From: Octopus sinensis
Lineage: Eukaryota
NCBI RefSeq assembly: GCF_006345805.1
Contig: NC_043003.1
Span: 26,970,001 to 27,034,000 of the forward strand
Reading direction: 5' to 3'
DNA: 64,000 nt
Shown here in pieces: positions 25,395 to 38,429 of the stretch. The first letter of the stretch is position 1. Each line of letters opens with the position of its first letter. The notes below the pieces were generated by a model, which searched no databases, was not told where the DNA came from, and worked only from the letters and a program-made list of their open reading frames with translations. Both the position numbers and the translations under genes were made by a program.

Positions 25395-26790
25395 AGTGCT
25401 TGAAATTTTCCAGCATTAAACTGCATGTTGTTTATTTCGGTCCACTTAAATATCGAATTCAGGTCCTGTTGTAAGCTTGCGACATCAACTTGGTTTTTTA
25501 TTGTCTATGATAATTTTATATCATCTGCATAGCAAGTGACAATGGCTGTCTAAGTGACCGTGAGCATGTCTAAGAAGTAATAGCCTCAGATCAGTTCCCT
25601 GGGGGACATCACTTGGGATTTGAGTTTCCTTAAAAAGGGCACCATTGACTGCAACTACCTGACTTCTGTCTTTAAGGAAGTCATGCAGCCATTCTCCCAG
25701 TTTACCGCAATGCCAAGGTCTCACAGCTTATGACTTATCATGCCATGATCTACCTTATCAAAGCCTTTGCAAAGTCAAGATATATCACAGTGACATCTGA
25801 ATGGTCAAGCAGCTGTTTCAAAACCCACTCATAGTGCTATAGGAGTTGTGAGGCAGCTTCTTCCTGGGTGTAATCCATGCTGTGTATTGTTCAGTAGGTC
25901 ATTTTCTTCTGGGAACATTATCAATGTCTTTCTAATGATTCGCTCCATGACTTTACTGATGTGTGAGGTCAGAGAGATTGACATGTAGTTTTGGGTCTCT
26001 ACTCTGCTTCAGCCTTTGTGGATAGGGCATATAATGCCTTCTTTCGGCTTTTTTAGGAAGTTTACCACTTGTAAGGAAGCTTTGGAAAAGTATCCGAAGT
26101 GGTTTCGCTAAAGCCTGTTTACATGCCTACAGGAGAATAACTGGGAAGCCATCAGGACCAGTTGCAGAGCATTATCTCATTTCATCTAAGGCCGCTGTTA
26201 CATCTGTCTCCTCAATGTTGATGTAATCAATGGCTGGCGCCTCCTTTTTTAGAGCTGCAATATTAAAGAATTCAGCCGGATTTTTTTATCTGCATGTGTC
26301 CAAGGGGGGAAATGAAAACACTTTTAAATTGTTCACTGATTATCTCATTTATTCTTCCTGGGTCCGCTATTAGTGAGTCATTCCCATGGAACAATGGTCT
26401 TATTTTATATTGTATTGTGGCTGTTTCCTTTGTGAATTTATAGAAAGCTATGGAATTTGTTTTTATGCTTTCCATAGCTCTCTTCTATCCCTGTGCTCTT
26501 TCCCTTTCATAGGAGAGTTTGATCTTGTTTTCGATTTCTAGGAGTTCTAGGATAGACTTCTACCTATCCTTCAGTTGCTTATTCATCCCCTTTGAGACCT
26601 TTGACATGCATCGCATAAGGATTTTTCTCTCCCTGCGAATCTTGTTTGTCAGTATGCTGGCCTTTCTTTCTGGGGTATATGTAATGCATATAGCTTGCAC
26701 TGTTGACATAAATTGGCTGAGTTTCAAGTCAATGTCTTGCATACATAGAATGTTGGACCAGTTTTATTTGTGGATCTCTTTGTGGATTGA
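25395..26790 (-). mobile_element. Degenerate CR1-group LINE RT fragment
   Basis: WLHDFLKDRSQVVAVNG, DVPQGT and CYADDIKL..LQQDLNSIFKW..NNMQFNAGKFQ; many stops. Confidence 0.8.
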
Positions 26791-26798
26791 TTCCTATT

Positions 26799-26829
<31 letters not shown>

Positions 26830-26875
26830 ACATACACACATACAATCATACATACATACATACATACATACATAT

Positions 26876-26911
<36 letters not shown>

Positions 26912-27061
26912 GCGAACCAGCCACAATACAATATAAAATAGAACCATTGTTCCACAGGAATGACTCACTAACTGCGGACCCGGGAAGGGTAAGTGAGATA
27001 ATCAGTGAACAATTTAAAAGTGTCTTCATTTCCCCTCTTGGACACATATATAATGAGCTAC

Positions 27062-27315
27062 GACGTCACAGGTGCCAAGCTGTATCGGCCTTTGCCTTTC
27101 CCTTGGATAACACTGGTGGCGTGGAGATGGGAGGCTGATATGCATGGGTGACTGCTGGTCTTCCATAAACAACCTTACCCGGGCTTGTGCCTTTCCAGGC
27201 AAGTTTGTTTACGGAAGACCAGCGGTCAGCCATGCATACCGGCCTCCCCTCTCCACGCCACCAGTGTTATCCAAGGGAAAGGCAAGGGCCGATACAGCTT
27301 GGCACCAGTGACGTC
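27062..27315. repeat. ~115-bp inverted repeat with ~25-bp spacer
   Basis: 27062-27176 and 27201-27315 are reverse complements with few mismatches. Confidence 0.85.
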
Positions 27316-27849
27316 GCAACTCATTTCTACAGCTGAGTAAACTGGAGCAACGTGAAATAACTGTGGTGGTCTATCGGTGTCTTCAGTGAGGGTGACGTCA
27401 TGCCGCCCCACATCTGTTTAACAGGGTTTTAAACGCAATTCAGACGGTTATATGAAGCTGGAGACTGTGGTCAAACCTTGACTGGAGAGGGTTGCTGTTG
27501 GAAGGCCATATGTGTGACAGCAGGATTCAGCTTCTTGCCATACCACCGGAATGAGTCAGAATGTGTCGGAGAATTTCTACGACTTCAGCTGCCCCAAATT
27601 CTAGTCACCTAATTCCCACTGATTGTAATTCCGTAGAATAATGTGTGGGATGCGGCTAAGAAAGACACCAACATCTCTGCCTGCAACACCAAGGCATTTT
27701 GCCTATAATTTGAAATAAAAAATATTATCAGGCTAACTTTTTTTCTAATTTGCTGTTCGTTGTTTCCGTTAAAGACACCGTTTATTTGGGTAAATGAGAT
27801 AGATAATTATTTCTAGTTAACTACCTACGGCTAGTAAGCTACGAAATTC

Positions 27850-28560
27850 TTACATTCTCTCGGTTTCTCGTAAGTCAGACCGCCACATAGTCCCAACAAA
27901 CAAAATAGAAAAAGCGTTGTCCCAGAAGATGGCGAGAGAGATGCGCTGGAAAAATCGCTCTGGCTCATGGGTTCGCTCAAGTAGATAACTATCTCCACCC
28001 CAAAGGTGGTGAGAAGGGATATGATTCGGCCATAAACCTGTCGGAGAGCGACCGATACTTTGACAGTTTGCTCTTCTCAGCTTGACGAACAATGGAGCCT
28101 GGGATGGAGGTGTCACCCCGATGATAGGCCTACCGCCACGGCATGGGAAAATTGTCATACCATCAGGCTTTTTACCGTTCCCTCGGTCTAGCCTCGATGG
28201 CTCAAGCTAGGAAGGGTAGCCTGCAGCGTCTAGACCACTCTTTATGATGCCTTTAAGGGTGGTATGGTGTGGGGGACGGTCAACACTATAGGGGCATAAC
28301 AATGGGTGAAGGCCTAAATAAGGTAGCGTTTCTCAGTTGAAGGTAGACCTCTTCTGAGGATTGAGGAGGACAAATTTCCACGTTTAATAAGATTAAGATG
28401 GCTAGTGGCCAAGATCAAGGAGGTATTCGGAGATCTTCCTAGAGACACAGTGAGGAAAGCATGCACCAGGATCCAGAGCCATCTTGGTGGAGACTGGGGG
28501 TGTCTACTTTGAGTAAACTGTTACCTCCCTGACATAATCTAGTTGATATTCTTTGACTTT
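27850..28560 (-). mobile_element. CRE-like LINE C-terminal (RLE) remnant
   Basis: HTTLKGIIKSGL..GYPS*LEP..RGNGKSPDGMTIFP, AEKSKLSKY and FFQRISLAI..NA.SIL resemble CRE-clade motifs as I recall them. Confidence 0.65.
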
Positions 28561-28792
28561 CTAAAATACTTTAATTTTTGGATTAAATATTGTTTTCTTT
28601 CCCTTTAATGCAAACTGTCAAAATTAGCTCGAACATCCTGTACACACGCACGCGCGCGCTTCTTTCAGTTACGGTTTAACTGATCCACTTACAAAGCTTT
28701 GATCGGCTTGAGGCTGTAGTAGAAGACACTTCCCGAAGGTGCCACCCAGTGGGACTGAACCTGGAACCATGTGGTTGGGAATCAAACTTCTT

Positions 28793-30702
28793 TATTTCAT
28801 TACATTTGCCATAAAGGCATAATACAGATGGAAGCCTTGCAGGCTGGACACAGACACAATGATGATGATGGAATGAAAACAGAGATGGTTGGTGGGGGAA
28901 GCAGCCAACGACCGCCGATTGTTACTTCCCGATAACATTGTTCTTATTTTTTTAAAAAAAACACAAATGAGGCATTGCACCTCTTACAACAGTTACAAAT
29001 TGAGGCGCTGAGCCGCTTACCAATCAAAATAAGTTCAGCAAATATATTCAACTTCAGGCGCTAAGCCTCTTACCAAAATCACCAAATTAAAATCGAGGCA
29101 CTAAGACTTCTTACTCTGCCTCCCCGATTAAGTCTCTTGCCGCCTGCAGTCGCAAGCCGGGGCTCCATTAGAGATAATTATATTCGTCCTTGGTAAAGGA
29201 ATCCATCACTCTGTAGAAATAATTTTCCACAATGACCTCCGCAGCCACCTGCAGAAGCCAATCAGTGCTTTCAAGGCAGTTCAGGACATCCTGTTCCTGA
29301 CCTTCCAGATTCCTCACAAAGTTCTCTACGGCCCCTCCCTTAAGAACGACCACAATTCCTCATTTATTATACTGGGAGGGGCTACAGTTTCCTCCGTCGG
29401 TGGCACAATTTCTACTGACGAGGTTTCGGGACATGCCGGCAGTGTCCCATTCTATTCTTTTTTTTTTGTCTTAGGGGGTGGTTCCTCTGCTTTAATCGGA
29501 GGATCATCGCTCCCTCCCGCAGCTTTATGATCCTTCGGTGAGCAACCAGTTGCCCACCTTCCTTTTTTTCGGCGAGATTTCTCCCTCCGGAGGAGGCTCA
29601 TCCACAACCAACTGTACCAGGACCCTACTCTGGTCCTGGGAACAGTTCTTTTTTATATGGCCCGGTTCCAGGCATAGGTGACACTGGGGGGGGGAGGGCA
29701 GGACGCGTCCCTTAAGAATCACCAGGTATCTGCAACCGGCCATTTTCAAAAAATCTAGAAAAACTAGATTCTTGGTTGATTGGGTCCATAGGGTCAAAAC
29801 AGCTTTTAACCCAACCCTATCAGCCACCGGCAAAATTTTAACATTAAGCAGCTTGGATCCGCTGCCAGCCAGACCCCGGGGGATAGTGTCTTCTATCCAC
29901 ACGCGTTCTATCCCGGGTGGCAACCCGCAGACCCAAGCTCTTGTCAACTTCTTCCCACCATACATGGAAAGAAACAAAATCTCTTTGCCCTCTAAGGGCT
30001 GGCACGCAAATTTGCGAGCCTCAAATAGCAACCACACCGTTGCATACTTGATACCCCTGGAGATGAATTTAATAGTTGGCAAATACTCTGCCAACTCTTT
30101 TTCAGTTTGTGTCTTTTGAAAGAGGGCGATGATTTCGAGCGACTTCCAGTAAGTCCTTAATACCCCCGTCCTCTCTTCAAAGTTTTTCATCTACTGTTTG
30201 AGTGGGACAATCTCCCACTCTAACGCAGTGTTACCTTTTTTGCCATGTTTTTTTGGGGAAAAAAGTTCACAGAGTTAAAAAAAACAAATGCAGGAAGACA
30301 AAAAAACAGTTCAAAAACACAGCAAACTAATTTTCTGGCTATCCTGGTACTCCTGACCAATTAGGTAATCCACTTGGTAATCCAGAGCATAAAACAGTCA
30401 CACAATTTCCCCAAAAATTGGTAAAAATTAGCACAATTATAGGAGGAGGGATACGCCCCCCCCCCCCAACAAAAAACACTTCTCACCGCTAAGTGAGACT
30501 TTAAACACAACTACAAGCAGACAATTTGCCAGGAACTCAGTGGAGATTTCTCGTTCGACAAAATATATAAACACGAGCAACAAACCCCCAAAAAACAAAT
30601 GTTTTACCTTGTAGTTGTGCTTCACTTGTTCAATAATTCACGACGGTGTACAGCGTTGTGACTCCTAGCAGTGCAAAGAAAACACTGACCAACGCATGCG
30701 CA
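28793..30702 (-). mobile_element. ORF1-only (HAL1-like) non-LTR element inserted in a SINE B, with TSD
   Basis: 16-bp TSD gggaa(t/g)caaacttctt at 28777-28792 and 30703-30718; SINE B head and body resume on either side. One ORF1-like frame with a CCHC knuckle and no EN or RT. Confidence 0.8.
29168..30190 (-). pseudogene. ORF1-like protein with CX2CX4HX4C knuckle (CHLCLEPGHIKKNC), ~340 codons if repaired
   Basis: ORFs 29525-30190 and 29168-29353 join through a Pro/Glu/Lys-rich segment with about two frameshifts and one TAG. Confidence 0.7.
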
Positions 30703-30776
30703 GGGAAGCAAACTTCTTACCACACAACTACGCTTGTGCCTATTTTAAACCAGATGTAAAAGGCAATAAAAAAAAA

Positions 30777-31157
30777 GGCGTACCTGTGTGGTATGAAACT
30801 TGCTTCCCAACCACATGGTTCCGGGTTCAGTCCCACTACGTGGCACCTTGGGCAAGTGTATTCTACTGCAGCCTCGGGTCGACCAAAGCGTTGTGAGCGG
30901 ATTTGGTAGATGGAAACTGAAAGAAGCTCGTCGTATATATATACATATATATATTTGTGTGGCTTTGTGTCTGTCCCCCACCATCGTTTGACAACCGATG
31001 TCCGTGTTTACGTCCCCGTAACTTAGTGGATCGGCAAAAGAGGACTTTAGAATAAGTACCAGGTTTACAAAGAAATCTTGGGGCTGACTTCTTTAAAAAT
31101 CCCTTTAAGGCGGTGCTCCAGCATGGCTGCAGTCAAATGAGTGAAACAAATAAAAGA
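30777..31157 (+). mobile_element. SINE B
   Basis: Matches 13354-13740. Confidence 0.85.
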
Positions 31158-32779
31158 ATATATATTGCTCTCCATTCTCTTTTCCTGCCATGAGAATAAA
31201 TAAATACAAAGATACAGTAGTAGCCAGAAGCAAAATGCTTTATTTACCAAAAGAAGAAAAAAATATATATATATTTGTTTTAGAATATATATATGCTTGG
31301 AATTATATCTCACATACATTTGTGAAAGCCTGAAGTTAGCAACAGACGTTGAGAAACCATAGCTGGAATTTACAAAATAGGATTTGGAATGGCAGGGAGA
31401 CAGCAGACAGAACAAGAATTATGTTGTGGACAATGGCATTTTGGAAGTGGTCACACGGTGGGGGTCAAATCGAAGCAGTAGCCAGTCAATGTGGGAGGAG
31501 TGGCCAATCAGGCAGGTAGTGGGAGTGGCCGGACAACGTCGAGGTGGTGGCTGGTCAGAGCAGGGAGAGTAGCTGGTCAGCCAGGGAGGTGGGGATGGAG
31601 TGGCCAATAAGGGATTAGCGGTGGGAAGGAGGAGACAGGAATATATAAATATATATATTTTTACTTTAAAAAAAAAATGCAATTCTGGCAAGGGAGGCAA
31701 CTTGAGGTAAGAAAATCTGGTGATAGAATTAAACGATCAGGGAGGGTGTCGTATTTATCCAACCTTTGTTCCACTTCCAAAGAAATAAGGTGGCTTGATG
31801 GGTGTGGTTGGGGTATGTCATTGTAAGAATCTCGCAGTGGCAATATCATCCCCAGATACCACAATCACAAAACTAGCCCTTATTTTTCTTTCATACACAT
31901 TTTATTCCTAATACTGACAATACCAAACGTTTTGGAAGATGGGCACAGTGGATGAAATCGACCTTAGTATTTTGTTGGTACTTTATTTTATAGACCGAGA
32001 AAAGATAAAATGCAAAGTTGAACATGGCAGGATTTGAGTGTAAAACATTTAGTTCAACTCTCTGCCAACGCTAACATTCCACCAATTGTAATCATGGAAA
32101 AAGTTAATTAGGAATAAGGGTAATTATTGAAGAAGAGAAAAAGCAATTATCTTTTTATTTAATGAACCACTCTCAATCTACCATCACCACACCATAAACA
32201 CTTATTTTATCAAGTCCCAGAGGAATGAAAGGTAAAGTTGACCTTGGCAGGATTTGAACTTAGAATCAAGAATGATGACTGGAGGGGGTTTCAAATACTA
32301 TACTGTACTTTTAAGTCCAATATTAAACTGCTTCAGCCATTTAAAATATCTTTGTGTAGTAGTATCTGTGGTGATAGAAATATGACTAATAATAATAATA
32401 GTGTCTGATTGAGGCACAAGGCCAGCAATTTTGCGGAGAGGGAATTAGTTGATACCAACCTCAGTAGACATCTGGTATTTATCAACTCTGAAAGGATAAA
32501 GCCAAAGTTGCCCTTGGCAAGATTTGAACTTTGAACACAATAATAATAGGAACAAAGCTAAAAATTTAGGGAGAGTACACAGTTGGTTCAATCACCACTT
32601 CCATACCCACTATACTAGATAGTACCCTGGTTATACTTTAATCCTAGAAGGATGAAATCAAACTGAACTCAATGTTAAAGGATGTAATTATATACCATTG
32701 GACATTATGTCTTAATAAATGCATAAGGAGAACAGGGAATCATAGATGTAATGACTAGTGTATCCTGGATCCTTTCTAA

Positions 32780-33512
32780 GCAGACAGACAGACCAGCCAA
32801 CCCATGACTCTCCAACATCGGACTAGACAGAGAGACTGACCAATCCTCGGCTCTCCATCCTCCTAACTAGACAGAAACAAATAGACCAATCCATGACTCT
32901 CTGATCTGATTAGACAGAAAGACAGATCAATCCTTGACTCTCTGATCACCTGATTAGACAGAAAGACAAACCAATCCTTGACTCTCTGATCGCCTAATTA
33001 GACAGAAAGACCAATCCTTGACTCTCCACTCTAGCCAGACTAATCCTTAGCTCTCCACTTTCTTCCCAAAATAGACAGACAGCAAGACCAGCCCATGACT
33101 CTCCAACATCCTGACTAGCAAGACAGACCAATCCATGACTCTCCAACATCATAACTAGACAGAGAGACAGACCACTCTGTCTCTCCACTCACCTAATTAG
33201 ACAGACAGACAGATCAATCTTTGATGCTCCACTCACCTAATTAGACAGACAGACCAATCTTTAACTATCCACTCTAATTCGACAGCCAGACAAATCCTTG
33301 ACTCTCCACACTTCAAAATAGACAGACAGCAAGTCCAACCCATAACTTTCCACTCTCCTATCTAGACAGGCAGACCAACATGTTGCTCTCCAACATCCTT
33401 TCTAGTAAGACAGACCAGCCTGTGACTCACCACCCTCCTTTCTGGATAGGCAGACTGACAGGCCGGCCAACCAATCCTTGACCCTCTCCTTTGAAGATAG
33501 CTAGACAGACAG
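32780..33512 (+). repeat. Degenerate ~40-bp minisatellite
   Basis: Recurring agacagacagaccaatccttgactctcc-type units, roughly 17-19 copies. Confidence 0.85.
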
Positions 33513-34015
33513 ATCTGACATTAAGTTACATGCAAACAAGCCAAATAAACTAATAAATTATTGCACCATAGCAACCATAGCTGCTGCAATTATATATATG
33601 TATGTATATGTGCAGATTGTGCAATGCATGTGTATGTATACATATGCATGCATGTATACATACACACATTGCCACAACAATACTTTTTGTGTGTTCATAT
33701 ATATATATATACACACACATACACACACATATATATACATGGACACAGACACATATATATTGCCACAACGATACTTTTTAGCCAGTCACTATCTTCGTTA
33801 AACGTTTAACAGCTGCGTGTTTAACCCTTGCCTCAGTGCTGGGTACCACTGCTGCATGGTGACTGATGATGAAAGTGCCCTTAATTTGATATATCCATGA
33901 GGAGATTTTCATCGATGCGGACAGTGGTGAGTTCACAGGACAAAGGAAGAATTTGTAATTAAAGAAAATAAATAAAAATAAACGGGGGGAAAAAGGAGAA
34001 AAAAAAAACAATATT

Positions 34016-34021
34016 TTTATT
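34016..34021 (-). terminator. Candidate polyadenylation signal of UCHL3
   Basis: AATAAA about 72 nt past the stop codon, followed by a long T-rich tract on the minus strand. Confidence 0.5.
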
Positions 34022-34092
34022 ATAAATGGACTGCCAGAAAAAAGAGAAAAAAAAATATGGATTGTTCTGTACTGAGCTGTACTTGAGGGATT

Positions 34093-34176
34093 TCAATCCT
34101 CAGCAAGAGCCATCACGCTGAAGTCCATTTCCTCGGGGTCCCTAGCCATAAACTTCTTCACCATAGCTGCAGCAGA
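34093..34176 (-). CDS. UCHL3: UCH-L3-like last coding exon (SAAAMVKKFMARDPEEMDFSVMALAED*)
   Basis: ctctttcag acceptor, phase 0, TGA stop at 34093-34095. Has the KKFM-x-RDP...F..AL C-terminal UCH signature. Confidence 0.94.
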   Translation of the reverse strand, partial: SAAAMVKKFMARDPEEMDFSVMALAED

Positions 34177-35212
34177 CTGAAAGAGAACAGCATAGAGTTT
34201 AATTAAAAACACCAATTAAGGAGGAGCTGGGTGAAGAATAGAAAGTAGTGGTTTATAAATGATGCATGTGTGTATGTATACATGTGCATTTAAATATATA
34301 TACACATACATATACCTATATTATATATTATAATAAGAGATACATACACATATATACACACACACATACACACCGATCTATCTATGTGTGTGTGTGGAGG
34401 TGCAATGGCCCAGTGGTTAGGGCAGCGGACTCACAGTCAGAAGGTCGCGGTTTTGATTCCCAGACCGGGTGTTGTGTATGTTTATTGAGCGAAAACACCT
34501 AAAGCTCCACGAAGCTCTGGCAGAGGGTGGTGGCGACCCCTGTTGTACTCTTTCGCCCCAAATTTCTCTCATTCTTTCTTCCTGTTTCTTGAGTAATGCT
34601 GTGATGGACTGGCATCCTGTCAGGCTGGGGGGGGGGGTAACACATATGCCATAGAAACCAGGCCCATGAGCCTGGCTAGGCTTGAAAAGGGCACATAAAT
34701 AAATAATATATATATATATATATATTTTTTTTTCCGTTTTTTCCGTTTTTTGCATATGTGAATCGCAGGGTTCGTCGTATTTGGAAAATGCTACTCCGTT
34801 TTTTGCGTATGTGAATCGCAGGGTTCGTCGTATTTGGAAAATCCACTTATAGAAAATGGAAAAAACAGTCTTTGACTGCCATTTCTAATTCCTTCGGTAT
34901 GCGGCGAGGCAGCCTGCTGCCCGCCCTTTAATTATTTTCACTATATATATATATATCAGTGGCGACTCCAGCACTTGAGTTGCTTGGGCCTTAGCCGGAG
35001 TATAAACTTAGTAAAGTGAATGTGTATTTGCAAGCTGATTTAATTTCAGCCAACAATAACTTCAAGTGTGTAATTGCAACCAATAACTCGGGTTCCTTTT
35101 ATTGAGCCTGATCACAGTTCATTTATTTGCATTCAGTGTCTGGCGGTCATCTTAGAGGTGTCAAAAGAGTTAAGAAAAAACCCACAAGAAAGAGAGAGAG
35201 AGAAAGACTTAC

Positions 35213-35271
35213 CTCTAAAAATGACTCCTTGTTGATTTCTCCATGGCAAACTGGTCCCTCTTTCCTACCAT
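35213..35271 (-). CDS. UCHL3: UCH-L3-like exon (D-GRKEGPVCHGEINKESFLE)
   Basis: 59-nt exon with tttgtag acceptor and gtaagt donor, phase 1 to 0. Completes the catalytic Asp codon of the YELDGRK motif. Confidence 0.94.
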
Positions 35272-35769
35272 CTACAAATAAAGAAAGATAAAATGTTAAA
35301 TGATACATTATATGTACATCTTTTTGCACCAGTCTGCTTGACTGACAATAGTTTCAATTCTTACTTCAAAGTCAAGTTCCCAACATATGCCACCCAGTTA
35401 AATGGAGTTTTATTCACAGGAGTGTGGCACATTGTCTAGTTCCTTTAGGGGTCGATAAAATAAATACCAGCTGAGAACTGAGTTGATGTAATCAACTTAA
35501 CCCTGTCTCCAAAAGTACTGGCCTTGTGGCAAAATCTGAAACCAATATTACACATCATCAGAGAAAGAAGAATAAGATTTGCTGGACATTGCCAAAGAGC
35601 AAAGGATGAGATCACCAGTGACATTCTTCCTTGGGGTGTGAAGTATGAGTACACAAATGTTGACAGACCACATTGAACCTACAGAAGGCAACTGTGTGAG
35701 GACTCTGAGGAGACCTGCCACATGTAATAGCACACTGAACTGGAGGCAACGTGTCAAGGTGATCTGTGC

Positions 35770-36160
35770 AATGACTGGATGATGATCATCTTTTACCGGT
35801 TTCAGTCATTGGACTGCGGCCATGCTGGGGAATGGCTTTGAAGGGTTTAGTCAAACAAATCAGCTCCAGTACTTATTCTTTTTTAAAGACTGGTACTTAT
35901 GCTACTGGCCTCTTTTTACCAAACCACTAAGTTATGTGGGACACAAACAAACCAACACTGGATGTCAATGGTGTCAGGAGACAAACACATATACATATAT
36001 CTGGCTTCTTTCAATTTCAGCCTACCAAATCCATAAGGTTTTAGTTAGCCCAGGGCTATAGTAGAGGACGCTTGCTCAAGGTGCCATGCAGAGGGATTGA
36101 ACTTGGAACCATGTGGTTGAGAAGCTAACTTCTTACCACACAGCCACACCTCTGCACCTA
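35770..36160 (-). mobile_element. SINE B, diverged
   Basis: Reverse complement of the SINE B head and tail. Confidence 0.7.
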
Positions 36161-38429
36161 TATACAAATATACTACATTTCCAACAGTAGTTATTTGAAC
36201 TAGATAAGAGAGCTTAGACAAAAAAATGTGAATGCCAAAACAACACTGTAACACTGACAACACCCTAACATTGATTGCACTAACTGATGTATCAACAAAC
36301 AAACTTTTACATAATACTCAACCAGCTAGACATAGTAGCCAAATCTTTCTCAAATCACATCCTGCAATTTTAACTCTTTTCATGCCCATCTACGATTGCC
36401 CCTGATCTGTGATACAAAAGGGTTGTTTTAAAGTGATATGAATTTTCAACAAAATTTCATGTTACCTCATATTCTAAATACTAATGTAATAATCCTTTCT
36501 GTTATAGGCACAAGGCCTAAAATTTGGTGTTTATGTCCCTGTTACTTAGCGATTTGGCAAAAGAGACCGATAGAATAAGTACTAGGCTTACAAAGAATAA
36601 GTCCCGGGGTAGATTTGCTCAACTAAAGGCGGTGCTCCAGCATGGCCGCAGTCAAATGACTGAAACAAGTAAAAGAGTAATGATCGAGTTATTTTACAAA
36701 ATTCTTCATTGTTTCAAAAAATTTATTTAAACCAAGACTGCGTCACAACAGGAGTATGGTGGCAAAGGAGTTAAATAAGTACAGGAGCTAGATAATGTGA
36801 TCAAACATGGCTCTTAAAATATGAGATATTCACGACCGGAATGACTTTGATCATAGTCCCACATGATTAAGATTGAATTAGCACTAAATAGTGACAACTA
36901 CAGCCAGCTTAGGGCATAAACTGAACAAGCTACAAGTATGAGCCTCAGTCAGAACCATTCATTAGTTTAACCCAATTAACTTAACATATTAGACCTAATT
37001 ATTAGCAAGATTATTATTTACACAAGAATGTAAGGTTTCATAATTTTATAATTATGCTTAAATATCCCACCTACATGCAGATAGGTTACGCATCTTGGAA
37101 GCATTTTTGCAAGTTCAACAGTAACAATTACCAAACAGAGCCCCCACAGGTTCCCAGAGCTCAGGGCCTCACCAGCTCTAAATTAGGTTTTATGATCTCT
37201 ACGCCTTCTCTTTAGTGTAGGATGAATCTGTTTAACCCTTTCATTAATGTATTTATGTTGAAATACACGTCTTTTCATCATCATTACTATCATATAATAT
37301 CCATGTTCTTTGCTACCATGGGTTAGAACAGTCTGATAGGATCCAAAGAACCAGAGGGCTCACCATGCTCCAATATCTGCTTTGGCATGGTTTCTACATT
37401 TGACGGTCTAATGCAAACCACTTTACAGCATGTACTGGGTGCCTTTTTTTTTTTTGTTCCACCAGCACTAGTGAAGGCACCATGCAGCTTGAAAAACTAC
37501 AAACCCTGAGGCTTTATGCTAGATGAGGGGTGAACGCAGAACAGGTTTCTTGTTGTAGAGGAGATACAGGATTAATAATGAAAATAATTACAGATTAACA
37601 TGGAATTCTGCTGGAAGGTTTTAATTCACATCACTTTAAAACAGGGAATTTGTAACAAAGAACTAGGGTGGGGGGAGTCTCAGGGGGGAAATTTGGTATC
37701 TAAAGGGTTAATTGGTACAAAGTGATACAAAGATAACAAAGCATGGTTTTTAGAGCAGAACACATCAGCATACTGACATTCACGCCACTTCAGAGAAAGT
37801 TAACTACCAATGGAAAATAAATATTATTCTGAACAAGGAAGCAAGCAAGATTAGTTATCAGACCGGATTTAGTAGAAGTAGGATCTCAGAAACACAGGGT
37901 AACTTTCAAGGTCTTTTCTTCTTTTTAATAATAAAGAGATAGGATTCAGTTTAAATTTGGCTGCTATTTTAAAAAAAGTTGATTGACTAAGTAGAAGCTG
38001 ATAGTTCAAGTAGAGGTGTCACTGAACCATCAAATGCACTGAAAATATAGAGTACCATAGCTTATTAAACAATCCCATACTTACCACTAACAAAGGGTGT
38101 GTAGGGGGTGGAGAGAAAGGGGAGGTGTGTGTGTGTGTAAAAATTGCCAAAAACATATTTGTATATGTATTAAACACCTACATATACACACACCATTTTT
38201 CTAATAACAGAATAATAACTTGCTTCCAAACAACGAACTTAATGGTGTGCAAATAGCAACAACTACAGGAAGATTCCTTTTGTACTCTGTACACAGGAGC
38301 ACTGCAAACCCATGGGGGGGTGAGAAAAGAGGAGAGAATATTTGAAAAGTAAGCAGAAAGTGGCTAGAGATAAGTTAAATTTCACCACAACCACCACCGA
38401 TATTAACAATAATTATCTTTTCTATTATA

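Noticed and set aside
34742-34842. snRNA-like sequence in a 53-bp tandem duplicate
   Set aside because: Only about 10 nt resemble U1; treated as a simple local duplication.
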